A stretch of DNA of 64,000 nucleotides from Auanema rhodensis (lineage: Eukaryota; Animalia; Nematoda). Positions 40,372 to 55,300 of the stretch are shown here, piece by piece. The stretch is from NCBI GenBank assembly GCA_964057225.1, contig OZ059896.1, positions 4,836,001-4,900,000 of the forward strand. The letters run 5' to 3'. The first letter of the stretch is position 1. Every line of letters starts with the position of its first letter. Position numbers and translations under genes: made by a program. Under the pieces are notes generated by a model. It worked only from the letters and a program-made list of their open reading frames with translations, did no database searches and was not told where the DNA came from.

Positions 40372-43300
40372 AAGTTAAAGTTCACGTAAATTTCAAAGTC
40401 ATGGTTACCATGCACCAATATCAATAAAAATTTGTTTTTAGACTAATATGGACATGGGGAATCTAATTTTGAAAACCGCATCTCTTTATCTTTCACGTGA
40501 AGCGAGTTACATACCAAGTGCACATCACGTGTACATTTAATTAGCATAAATTAAAGTTCACTTAAATCTCAAAGTCATGGTTACCATGCATCAATATCAA
40601 TCAAATTTTGTTTTTAGACTAATATGGACATGGGGAATCTAATTTTGAAAACCGCATCTCTTTATCTTTCACGTGAAGCGAGTTACATACCAAGTGCACA
40701 TCACGTGTACATTTAATTAGCATAAATTAAAGTTCACATAAATTTCAAACTCATGGTTACCATGCACCAATATCAATAAAAATTTGTTTTTAGACTAATA
40801 TGGACATGGGGAATCTAATTTTGAAAAACGCATCTCTTTATCTTTCACGTGAAGCGAGTTACATACCAAGTGCACATCACGTGTACATTTAATTAGCATA
40901 AATTAAAGTTCACGTAAATTTCAAAGTCATGGTTACCATGCACCAATATCAATAAAATTTTGTTTTTAGACTAATATGGACATGGGGAATCTAATTTTGA
41001 AAACCGCATCTCTTTATCTTTCACGTGAAGCGAGTTACATACCAAGTGCACATCACGTGTACATTTAATTAGCATAAATTAAAGTTCACGTAAATTTCAA
41101 ACTCATGGTTACCATGAACCAATATCAATAAAAATTTGTTTTTAGACTAATATGGACATGGAGAATCTAATTATGAAAACCGCATCTCTTTATCTTTCAC
41201 GTGAAGCGAGTTACATACCAAGTGCACATCACGTGTACATTTAATTAGCATAAATTAAAGTTCACGTAAATTTCAAAGTCATGGTTACCATGCACCAATA
41301 TCAATAAAATTTTGTTTTTAGACTAATATGGACATGGGGAATCTAATTTTGAAAACCGCATCTCTTTATTTTTCACGTGAAGCGAGTTACATACCAAGTG
41401 CACATCACGTGTACATTTAATTAGCATAAATTAAAGTTCACGTAAATTTCAAAGTCATGGTTACCATGCACCAATATCAATGAAATTTTGTTTTTAGACT
41501 AATATGGACATGGGGAATCTAATTTTGAAAACCGCATCTCTTTATCTTTCACGTGAAGCGAGTTACATACCAAGTGCACATCACGTGTACATTTAATTAG
41601 CATAAATTAAAGTTCACGTAAACTTCAAACTCATGGTTACCATACACCAATATCAATAAAAATTTGTTTTTAGAGTAATATGGACATGGAGAATCTATTT
41701 TTAAAAACCGCATCTCTTTATCTTTCACGTGAATCGAGTTACATACCAAGTGCACATCACGTGTACATTTAATTAGCATAAATTAAAGTTCACGTAAATT
41801 TCAAACTCATGGTTACCATGCACCAATATCAATAAAAATTTGTTTTTAGACTAATATGGACATGGAGAATCTAATTTTGAAAACCGCATCTCTTTATCTT
41901 TCACGTGAAGCGAGTTACATACCAAGTGCACATCACGTGTACATTTAATTAGCATAAATTAAAGTTCACGTAAATTTCAAACTCATGGTTACCATGCACC
42001 AATATCAATAAAAATTTGTTTTTAGAGTAATATGGACATGGAGAATCTATTTTTAAAAACCGCATCTCTTTATCTTTCACGTGAATCGAGTTACATACCA
42101 AGTGCACATCACGTGTACATTTAATTAGCATAAATTAAAGTTCACGTAAATTTCAAACTCATGGTTACCATGCACCAATATCAATACAATTTTGTTTTTA
42201 GACTAATATGGACATGGGGAATCTAATTTTGAAAACCGCATCTCTTTATCTTTCACGTGAAGCGAGTTACATACCAAGTGCACATCACGTGTACATTTAA
42301 TTAGCATAAATTAAAGTTCACTTAAATTTCAAAGTCATGGTTACCATGCACCAATATCAATAAAAATTTGTTTTTAGACTAATATGGACATGGGGAATCT
42401 AATTTTCAAAACCGCATCTCTTTATCTTTCACGTGAAGCGAGTTACATACCAAGTGCACATCACGTGTACATTTAATTAGCATAAATTAAAGTTCACTTA
42501 AATTTCAAAGTCATGGTTACCATGCATCAATATCAATAAAATTTTGTTTTTAGACTAATATGGACATGGGGAATCTAATTTTGAATACCGCATCTCTTTA
42601 TCTTTCACGTGAAGCGAGTTACATACCAAGTGCACATCACGTGTACATTTAATTAGCATAAATTAAAGTTCACGTAAATTTCAAAGTCATGGTTAGCATG
42701 AACCAATATCAATAAAAATTTGTTTTTAGACTAATATGGACATGGGGAATCTAATTTTGAAAACGTCATCTCTTTATCTTTCACGTGAAGCGAGTTACAT
42801 ACCAAGTGCACATCACGTGTACATTTAATTAGCATAAATTAAAGTTCACGTAAATTTCAAAGTCATGGTTACCATGAACCAATATCAATAAAAATTTGTT
42901 TTTAGACTAATATGGACATGGGGAATCTAATTTTGAAAACCGCATCTCTTTATCTTTCACGTGAAGCGAGTTACATACCAAGTGCACATCACGTGTACAT
43001 TTAATTAGCATAAATTAAAGTTCACGTAAATTTCAAAGTCATGGTTACCATGCACCAATATCAATAAAAATTTGTTTTTAGACTAATATGGACATGGGGA
43101 ATCTAATTTTGAAAACGTCATCTCTTTATCTTTCACGTGAAGCGAGTTACATACCAAGTGCACATCACGTGTACATTTAATTAGCATAAATTAAAGTTCA
43201 CGTAAATTTCAAAGTCATGGTTACCATGCACCAATATCAATAAAAATTTGTTTTTAGACTAATATGGACATGGGGAATCTAATTTTCAAAACCGCATCTC

Positions 43301-46300
43301 TTTATCTTTCACGTGAAGCGAGTTACATACCAAGTGCACATCACGTGTACATTTAATTAGCATAAATTAAAGTTCACTTAAATTTGAAAGTCATGGTTAC
43401 CATGCAGCAATATCAATAAAATTTTGTTTTTAGACTAATATGGACATGGGGAATCTAATTTTGAAAACCGCATCTCTTTATCTTTCACGTGAAGCGAGTT
43501 ACATACCAAGTGCACATCACGTGTACATTTAATTAGCATAAATTAAAGTTCACGTAAATTTCAAACTCATGGTTACCATGCACCAATATCAATAAAAATT
43601 TGTTTTTAGACTAATATGGACATGGGGAATCTATATTTGAAAAACGCATCTCTTTATCTTTCACGTGAAGCGAGTTACATACCAAGTGCACATCACGTGT
43701 ACATTTAATTAGCATAAATCAAAGTTCACGTAAATTTCAAAGTCATGGTTACCATGCACCAATATCAATAAAATTTTGTTTTTAGACTAATATGGACATG
43801 GGGAATCTAATTTTGAAAACCGCATCTCTTTATTTTTCACGTGAAGCGAGTTACATACCAAGTGCACATCACGTGTACATTTAATTAGCATAAATTAAAG
43901 TTCACGTAAATTTCAAACTCATGGTTACCATACACCAATATCAATAAAAATTTGTTTTTAGACTAATATGGACATGGAGAATCTAATTTTAAAAACCGCA
44001 TCTCTTTATCTTTCACGTGAAGCGAGTTACATACCAAGTGCACATCACGTGTACATTTAATTAGCATAAATTAAAGTTCACGTAAATTTCAAAGTCATGG
44101 TTACCATGCACCAATATCAATAAAATTTTGTTTTTAGACTAATATGGACATGGGGAATCTAATTTTGAAAACCGCATCTCTTTATCTTTCACGTGAAGCG
44201 AGTTACATACCAAGTGCACATCACGTGTACATTTAATTAGCATAAATTAAAGTTCACGTAAATTTCAAACTCATGGTTACCATGAACCAATATCAATAAA
44301 AATTTGTTTTTAGACTAATATGGACATGGGGAATCTAATTTTGAAAACCGCATCTCTTTATCTTTCACGTGAAGCGAGTTACATACCAAGTGCACATCAC
44401 GTGTACATTTAATTAGCATAAATTAAAGTTCACTTAAATTTCAAAGTCATGGTTACCATGCATCAATATCAATAAAATTTTGTTTTTAGACTAATATGGA
44501 CATGGGGAATCTAATTTTGAAAACCGCATCTCTTTATCTTTCACGTGAAGCGAGTTACATACCAAGTGCACATCACGTGTACATTTAATTAGCATAAATT
44601 AAAGTTCACATAAATTTCAAACTCATGGTTACCATGCACCAATATCAATAAAAATTTGTTTTTAGACTAATATGGACATGGGGAATCTAATTTTGAAAAA
44701 CGCATCTCTTTATCTTTCACGTGAAGCGAGTTACATACCAAGTGCACATCACGTGTACATTTAATTAGCATAAATTAAAGTTCACGTAAATTTCAAAGTC
44801 ATGGTTACCATGCACCAATATCAATAAAATTTTGTTTTTAGACTAATATGGACATGGGGAATCTAATTTTGAAAACCGCATCTCTTTATCTTTCACGTGA
44901 AGCGAGTTACATACCAAGTGCACATCACGTGTACATTTTATTAGCATAAATTAAAGTTCACGTAAATTTCAAACTCATGGTTACCATGAACCAATATCAA
45001 TAAAAATTTGTTTTTAGACTAATATGGACATGGAGAATCTAATTATGAAAACCGCATCTCTTTATCTTTCACGTGAAGCGAGTTACATACCAAGTGCACA
45101 TCACGTGTACATTTAATTAGCATAAATTAAAGTTCACGTAAATTTCAAAGTCATGGTTACCATGCACCAATATCAATAAAATTTTGTTTTTAGACTAATA
45201 TGGACATGGGGAATCTAATTTTGGAAACCGCATCTCTTTATCTTTCACGTGAAGCGAGTTACATACCAAGTGCACATCACGTGTACATTTAATTAGCATA
45301 AATTAAAGTTCACGTAAACTTCAAACTCATGGTTACCATACACCAATATCAATAAAAATTTGTTTTTAGACTAATATGGACATGGAGAATCTAATTTTGA
45401 AAACCGCATCTCTTTATCTTTCACGTGAAGCGAGTTACATACCAAGTGCACATCACGTGTACATTTAATTAGCATAAATTAAAGTTCACGTAAATTTCAA
45501 ACTCATGGTTACCATGCACCAATATCAATAAAAATTTGTTTTTAGAGTAATATGGACATGGAGAATCTATTTTTAAAAACCGCATCTCTTTATCTTTCAC
45601 GTGAAGCGAGTTACATACCAAGTGCACATCACGTGTACATTTAATTAGCATAAATTAAAGTTCACGTAAATTTCAAACTCATGGTTACCATGCACCAATA
45701 TCAATAAAATTTTGTTTTTAGACTAATATGGACATGGGGAATCTAATTTTGAAAACCGCATCTCTTTATCTTTCACGTGAAGCGAGTTACATACCAAGTG
45801 CACATCCCGTGTACATTTAATTAGCATAAATTAAAGTTCACGTAAATTTCAAACTCATGGTTACCATGCACCAATATCAATAAAAATTTGTTTTTAGACT
45901 AATATGGACATGGGGAATCTAATTTTGAAAACCGCATCTCTTTATCTTTCACGTGAAGCGAGTTACATACCAAGTGCACATCACGTGTACATTTAATTAG
46001 CATAAATTAAAGTTCACTTAAATTTCAAAGTCATGGTTACCATGCATCAATATCAATAAAATTTTGTTTTTAGACTAATATGGACATGGGGAATCTAATT
46101 TTGAAAACCGCATCTCTTTATCTTTCACGTGAAGCGAGTTACATACCAAGTGCACATCACGTGTACATTTAATTAGCATAAATTAAAGTTCACATAAATT
46201 TCAAACTCATGGTTACCATGCACCAATATCAATAAAAATTTGTTTTTAGACTAATATGGACATGGGGAATCTAATTTTGAAAACCGCATCTCTTTATCTT

Positions 46301-49300
46301 TCACGTGAAGCGAGTTACATACCAAGTGCACATCACGTGTACATTTAATTAGCATAAATTAAAGTTCACGTAAATTTCAAACTCATGGTTACCATGAACC
46401 AATATCAATAAAAATTTGTTTTTAGACTAATATGGACATGGAGAATCTAATTATGAAAACCGCATCTCTTTATCTTTCACGTGAAGCGAGTTACATACCA
46501 AGTGCACATCACGTGTACATTTAATTAGCATAAATTAAAGTTCACGTAAATTTCAAAGTCATGGTTACCATGCACCAATATCAATAAAATTTTGTTTTTA
46601 GACTAATATGGACATGGGGAATCTAATTTTGGAAACCGCATCTCTTTATCTTTCACGTGAAGCGAGTTACATACCAAGTGCACATCACGTGTACATTTAA
46701 TTAGCATAAATTAAAGTTCACGTAAACTTCAAACTCATGGTTACCATACACCAATATCAATAAAAATTTGTTTTTAGACTAATATGGACATGGAGAATCT
46801 AATTTTGAAAACCGCATCTCTTTATCTTTCACGTGAAGCGAGTTACATACCAAGTGCACATCACGTGTACATTTAATTAGCATAAATTAAAGTTCACGTA
46901 AATTTCAAACTCATGGTTACCATGCACCAATATCAATAAAAATTTGTTTTTAGAGTAATATGGACATGGAGAATCTATTTTTAAAAACCGCATCTCTTTA
47001 TCTTTCACGTGAAGCGAGTTACATACCAAGTGCACATCACGTGTACATTTAATTAGCATAAATTAAAGTTCACGTAAATTTCAAACTCATGGTTACCATG
47101 CACCAATATCAATAAAATTTTGTTTTTAGACTAATATGGACATGGGGAATCTAATTTTGAAAACCGCATCTCTTTATCTTTCACGTGAAGCGAGTTACAT
47201 ACCAAGTGCACATCCCGTGTACATTTAATTAGCATAAATTAAAGTTCACGTAAATTTCAAACTCATGGTTACCATGCACCAATATCAATAAAAATTTGTT
47301 TTTAGACTAATATGGACATGGGGAATCTAATTTTGAAAACCGCATCTCTTTATCTTTCACGTGAAGCGAGTTACATACCAAGTGCACATCACGTGTACAT
47401 TTAATTAGCATAAATTAAAGTTCACTTAAATTTCAAAGTCATGGTTACCATGCATCAATATCAATAAAATTTTGTTTTTAGACTAATATGGACATGGGGA
47501 ATCTAATTTTGAAAACCGCATCTCTTTATCTTTCACGTGAAGCGAGTTACATACCAAGTGCACATCACGTGTACATTTAATTAGCATAAATTAAAGTTCA
47601 CATAAATTTCAAACTCATGGTTACCATGCACCAATATCAATAAAAATTTGTTTTTAGACTAATATGGACATGGGGAATCTAATTTTGAAAAACGCATCTC
47701 TTTATCTTTCACGTGAAGCGAGTTACATACCAAGTGCACATCACGTGTACATTTAATTAGCATAAATTAAAGTTCACGTAAATTTCAAAGTCATGGTTAC
47801 CATGCACCAATATCAATAAAATTTTGTTTTTAGACTAATATGGACATGGGGAATCTAATTTTGAAAACCGCATCTCTTTATCTTTCACGTGAAGCGAGTT
47901 ACATACCAAGTGCACATCACGTGTACATTTAATTAGCATAAATTAAAGTTCACGTAAATTTCAAACTCATGGTTACCATGAACCAATATCAATAAAAATT
48001 TGTTTTTAGACTAATATGGACATGGAGAATCTAATTATGAAAACCGCATCTCTTTATCTTTCACGTGAAGCGAGTTACATACCAAGTGCACATCACGTGT
48101 ACATTTAATTAGCATAAATTAAAGTTCACGTAAATTTCAAAGTCATGGTTACCATGCACCAATATCAATAAAATTTTGTTTTTAGACTAATATGGACATG
48201 GGGAATCTAATTTTGAAAACCGCATCTCTTTATTTTTCACGTGAAGCGAGTTACATACCAAGTGCACATCACGTGTACATTTAATTAGCATAAATTAAAG
48301 TTCACGTAAATTTCAAAGTCATGGTTACCATGCACCAATATCAATGAAATTTTGTTTTTAGACTAATATGGACATGGGGAATCTAATTTTGAAAACCGCA
48401 TCTCTTTATCTTTCACGTGAAGCGAGTTACATACCAAGTGCACATCACGTGTACATTTAATTAGCATAAATTAAAGTTCACGTAAACTTCAAACTCATGG
48501 TTACCATACACCAATATCAATAAAAATTTGTTTTTAGAGTAATATGGACATGGAGAATCTATTTTTAAAAACCGCATCTCTTTATCTTTCACGTGAATCG
48601 AGTTACATACCAAGTGCACATCACGTGTACATTTAATTAGCATAAATTAAAGTTCACGTAAATTTCAAACTCATGGTTACCATGCACCAATATCAATAAA
48701 AATTTGTTTTTAGACTAATATGGACATGGAGAATCTAATTTTGAAAACCGCATCTCTTTATCTTTCACGTGAAGCGAGTTACATACCAAGTGCACATCAC
48801 GTGTACATTTAATTAGCATAAATTAAAGTTCACGTAAATTTCAAACTCATGGTTACCATGCACCAATATCAATACAATTTTGTTTTTAGACTAATATGGA
48901 CATGGGGAATCTAATTTTGAAAACCGCATCTCTTTATCTTTCACGTGCGAGTTACATACCAAGTGCACATCACGTGTACATTTAATTAGCATAAATTAAA
49001 GTTCACTTAAATTTCAAAGTCATGGTTACCATGCACCAATATCAATAAAATTTTGTTTTTAGACTAATATGGACATGGGGAATCTATATTTGAAAAACGC
49101 ATCTCTTTATCTTTCACGTGAAGCGAGTTACATACCAAGTGCACATCACGTGTACATTTAATTAGCATAAATCAAAGTTCACGTAAATTTCAAAGTCATG
49201 GTTACCATGCACCAATATCAATAAAATTTTGTTTTTAGACTAATATGGACATGGGGAATCTAATTATGAAAACCGCATCTCTTTATCTTTCACGTGAAGC

Positions 49301-52300
49301 GAGTTACATACCAAGTGCACATCACGTGTACATTTAATTAGCATAAATTAAAGTTCACGTAAATTTCAAAGTCATGGTTACCATGCACCAATATCAATAA
49401 AATTTTGTTTTTAGACTAATATGGACATGGGGAATCTAATTTTGAAAACCGCATCTCTTTATTTTTCACGTGAAGCGAGTTACATACCAAGTGCACATCA
49501 CGTGTACATTTAATTAGCATAAATTAAAGTTCACGTAAATTTCAAACTCATGGTTACCATACACCAATATCAATAAAAATTTGTTTTTAGACTAATATGG
49601 ACATGGAGAATCTAATTTTAAAAACCGCATCTCTTTATCTTTCACGTGAAGCGAGTTACATACCAAGTGCACATCACGTGTACATTTAATTAGCATAAAT
49701 TAAAGTTCACGTAAATTTCAAAGTCATGGTTACCATGCACCAATATCAATAAAATTTTGTTTTTAGACTAATATGGACATGGGGAATCTAATTTTGAAAA
49801 CCGCATCTCTTTATCTTTCACGTGAAGCGAGTTACATACCAAGTGCACATCACGTGTACATTTAATTAGCATAAATTAAAGTTCACGTAAATTTCAAACT
49901 CATGGTTACCATGCACCAATATCAATAAAAATTTGTTTTTAGACTAATATGGACATGGAGAATCTAATTTTGAAAACCGCATCTCTTTATCTTTCACGTG
50001 AAGCGAGTTACATACCAAGTGCACATCACGTGTACATTTAATTAGCATAAATTAAAGTTCACGTAAATTTCAAACTCATGGTTACCATGCACCAATATCA
50101 ATAAAAATTTGTTTTTAGAGTAATATGGACATGGAGAATCTATTTTTAAAAACCGCATCTCTTTATCTTTCACGTGAAGCGAGTTACATACCAAGTGCAC
50201 ATCACGTGTACATTTAATTAGCATAAATTAAAGTTCACGTAAATTTCAAAGTCATGGTTACCATGCACCAATATCAATAAAATTTTGTTTTTAGACTAAT
50301 ATGGACATGGGGAATCTAATTTTCAAAACCGCATCTCTTTATCTTTCACGTGAAGCGAGTTACATACCAAGTGCACATCACGTGTACATTTAATTAGCAT
50401 ACATTAAAGTTCACTTAAATTTGAAAGTCATGGTTACCATGCAGCAATATCAATAAAAATTTGTTTTTAGACTAATATGGACATGGGGAATCTATATTTG
50501 AAAAACGCATCTCTTTATCTTTCACGTGAAGCGAGTTACATACCAAGTGCACATCACGTGTACATTTAATTAGCATAAATTAAAGTTCACGTAAATTTCA
50601 AAGTCATGGTTACCATGCACCAATATCAATAAAATTTTGTTTTTAGACTAATATGGACATGGGGAATCTAATTTTGAAAACCGCATCTCTTTATCTTTCA
50701 CGTGAAGCGAGTTACATACCAAGTGCACATCACGTGTACATTTAATTAGCATAAATTAAAGTTCACGTAAATTTCAAACTCATGGTTACCATGCACCAAT
50801 ATCAATAAAAATTTGTTTTTAGACTAATATGGACATGGAGAATCTAATTTTGAAAACCGCATCTCTTTATCTTTCACGTGAAGCGAGTTACATACCAAGT
50901 GCACATCACGTGTACATTTAATTAGCATAAATTAAAGTTCACGTAAATTTCAAACTCATGGTTACCATGCACCAATATCAATAAAAATTTGTTTTTAGAG
51001 TAATATGGACATGGAGAATCTATTTTTAAAAACCGCATCTCTTTATCTTTCACGTGAAGCGAGTTACATACCAAGTGCACATCACGTGTACATTTAATTA
51101 GCATAAATTAAAGTTCACGTAAATTTCAAACTCATGGTTACCATGCACCAATATCAATAAAATTTTGTTTTTAGACTAATATGGACATGGGGAATCTAAT
51201 TTTGAAAACCGCATCTCTTTATCTTTCACGTGAAGCGAGTTACATACCAAGTGCACATCCCGTGTACATTTAATTAGCATAAATTAAAGTTCACGTAAAT
51301 TTCAAACTCATGGTTACCATGCACCAATATCAATAAAAATTTGTTTTTAGACTAATATGGACATGGGGAATCTAATTTTGAAAACCGCATCTCTTTATCT
51401 TTCACGTGAAGCGAGTTACATACCAAGTGCACATCACGTGTACATTTAATTAGCATAAATTAAAGTTCACTTAAATTTCAAAGTCATGGTTACCATGCAT
51501 CAATATCAATAAAATTTTGTTTTTAGACTAATATGGACATGGGGAATCTAATTTTGAAAACCGCATCTCTTTATCTTTCACGTGAAGCGAGTTACATACC
51601 AAGTGCACATCACGTGTACATTTAATTAGCATAAATTAAAGTTCACATAAATTTCAAACTCATGGTTACCATGCACCAATATCAATAAAAATTTGTTTTT
51701 AGACTAATATGGACATGGGGAATCTAATTTTGAAAAACGCATCTCTTTATCTTTCACGTGAAGCGAGTTACATACCAAGTGCACATCACGTGCACATTTA
51801 ATTAGCATAAATTAAAGTTCACGTAAATTTCAAAGTCATGGTTACCATGCACCAATATCAATAAAATTTTGTTTTTAGACTAATATGGACATGGGGAATC
51901 TAATTTTGAAAACCGCATCTCTTTATCTTTCACGTGAAGCGAGTTACATACCAAGTGCACATCACGTGTACATTTAATTAGCATAAATTAAAGTTCACGT
52001 AAATTTCAAACTCATGGTTACCATGAACCAATATCAATAAAAATTTGTTTTTAGACTAATATGGACATGGAGAATCTAATTATGAAAACCGCATCTCTTT
52101 ATCTTTCACGTGAAGCGAGTTACATACCAAGTGCACATCACGTGTACATTTAATTAGCATAAATTAAAGTTCACGTAAATTTCAAAGTCATGGTTACCAT
52201 GCACCAATATCAATAAAATTTTGTTTTTAGACTAATATGGACATGGGGAATCTAATTTTGAAAACCGCATCTCTTTATTTTTCACGTGAAGCGAGTTACA

Positions 52301-55300
52301 TACCAAGTGCACATCACGTGTACATTTAATTAGCATAAATTAAAGTTCACGTAAATTTCAAAGTCATGGTTACCATGCACCAATATCAATGAAATTTTGT
52401 TTTTAGACTAATATGGACATGGGGAATCTAATTTTGAAAACCGCATCTCTTTATCTTTCACGTGAAGCGAGTTACATACCAAGTGCACATCACGTGTACA
52501 TTTAATTAGCATAAATTAAAGTTCACGTAAACTTCAAACTCATGGTTACCATACACCAATATCAATAAAAATTTGTTTTTAGAGTAATATGGACATGGAG
52601 AATCTATTTTTAAAAACCGCATCTCTTTATCTTTCACGTGAATCGAGTTACATACCAAGTGCACATCACGTGTACATTTAATTAGCATAAATTAAAGTTC
52701 ACGTAAATTTCAAACTCATGGTTACCATGCACCAATATCAATAAAAATTTGTTTTTAGACTAATATGGACATGGAGAATCTAATTTTGAAAACCGCATCT
52801 CTTTATCTTTCACGTGAAGCGAGTTACATACCAAGTGCACATCACGTGTACATTTAATTAGCATAAATTAAAGTTCACGTAAATTTCAAACTCATGGTTA
52901 CCATGCACCAATATCAATACAATTTTGTTTTTAGACTAATATGGACATGGGGAATCTAATTTTGAAAACCGCATCTCTTTATCTTTCACGTGCGAGTTAC
53001 ATACCAAGTGCACATCACGTGTACATTTAATTAGCATAAATTAAAGTTCACTTAAATTTCAAAGTCATGGTTACCATGCACCAATATCAATAAAAATTTG
53101 TTTTTAGACTAATATGGACATGGGGAATCTAATTTTCAAAACCGCATCTCTTTATCTTTCACGTGAAGCGAGTTACATACCAAGTGCACATCACGTGTAC
53201 ATTTAATTAGCATAAATTAAAGTTCACTTAAATTTGAAAGTCATGGTTACCATGCAGCAATATCAATAAAATTTTGTTTTTAGACTAATATGGACATGGG
53301 GAATCTAATTTTGAAAACCGCATCTCTTTATCTTTCACGTGAAGCGAGTTACATACCAAGTGCACATCCCGTGTACATTTAATTAGCATAAATTAAAGTT
53401 CACGTAAATTTCAAACTCATGGTTACCATGCACCAATATCAATAAAAATTTGTTTTTAGACTAATATGGACATGGGGAATCTATATTTGAAAAACGCATC
53501 TCTTTATCTTTCACGTGAAGCGAGTTACATACCAAGTGCACATCACGTGTACATTTAATTAGCATAAATCAAAGTTCACGTAAATTTCAAAGTCATGGTT
53601 ACCATGCACCAATATCAATAAAATTTTGTTTTTAGACTAATATGGACATGGGGAATCTAATTATGAAAACCGCATCTCTTTATCTTTCACGTGAAGCGAG
53701 TTACATACCAAGTGCACATCACGTGTACATTTAATTAGCATAAATTAAAGTTCACGTAAATTTCAAAGTCATGGTTACCATGCACCAATATCAATAAAAT
53801 TTTGTTTTTAGACTAATATGGACATGGGGAATCTAATTTTGAAAACCGCATCTCTTTATTTTTCACGTGAAGCGAGTTACATACCAAGTGCACATCACGT
53901 GTACATTTAATTAGCATAAATTAAAGTTCACGTAAATTTCAAACTCATGGTTACCATACACCAATATCAATAAAAATTTGTTTTTAGACTAATATGGACA
54001 TGGAGAATCTAATTTTAAAAACCGCATCTCTTTATCTTTCACGTGAAGCGAGTTACATACCAAGTGCACATCACGTGTACATTTAATTAGCATAAATTAA
54101 AGTTCACGTAAATTTCAAAGTCATGGTTACCATGCACCAATATCAATAAAATTTTGTTTTTAGACTAATATGGACATGGGGAATCTAATTTTGAAAACCG
54201 CATCTCTTTATCTTTCACGTGAAGCGAGTTACATACCAAGTGCACATCACGTGTACATTTAATTAGCATAAATTAAAGTTCACGTAAATTTCAAACTCAT
54301 GGTTACCATGCACCAATATCAATAAAAATTTGTTTTTAGACTAATATGGACATGGAGAATCTAATTTTGAAAACCGCATCTCTTTATCTTTCACGTGAAG
54401 CGAGTTACATACCAAGTGCACATCACGTGTACATTTAATTAGCATAAATTAAAGTTCACGTAAATTTCAAACTCATGGTTACCATGCACCAATATCAATA
54501 AAAATTTGTTTTTAGAGTAATATGGACATGGAGAATCTATTTTTAAAAACCGCATCTCTTTATCTTTCACGTGAAGCGAGTTACATACCAAGTGCACATC
54601 ACGTGTACATTTAATTAGCATAAATTAAAGTTCACGTAAATTTCAAAGTCATGGTTACCATGCACCAATATCAATAAAATTTTGTTTTTAGACTAATATG
54701 GACATGGGGAATCTAATTTTCAAAACCGCATCTCTTTATCTTTCACGTGAAGCGAGTTACATACCAAGTGCACATCACGTGTACATTTAATTAGCATACA
54801 TTAAAGTTCACTTAAATTTGAAAGTCATGGTTACCATGCAGCAATATCAATAAAAATTTGTTTTTAGACTAATATGGACATGGGGAATCTATATTTGAAA
54901 AACGCATCTCTTTATCTTTCACGTGAAGCGAGTTACATACCAAGTGCACATCACGTGTACATTTAATTAGCATAAATTAAAGTTCACGTAAATTTCAAAG
55001 TCATGGTTACCATGCACCAATATCAATAAAATTTTGTTTTTAGACTAATATGGACATGGGGAATCTAATTTTGAAAACCGCATCTCTTTATCTTTCACGT
55101 GAAGCGAGTTACATACCAAGTGCACATCACGTGTACATTTAATTAGCATAAATTAAAGTTCACGTAAATTTCAAACTCATGGTTACCATGCACCAATATC
55201 AATAAAAATTTGTTTTTAGACTAATATGGACATGGAGAATCTAATTTTGAAAACCGCATCTCTTTATCTTTCACGTGAAGCGAGTTACATACCAAGTGCA

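Larger units (their letters stand above)
1..54827. repeat. Giant inverted duplication (palindrome) of the satellite array, axis at 25392/25393
   Basis: Diagnostic variant monomers occur in mirror order with piecewise-constant coordinate sums: 22728+28227=50955; 13400+40371=11992+41779=53771; 6361+48643=7945+47059=55004; 2140+52688=3724+51104=4604+50224=54828. Confidence 0.95.
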
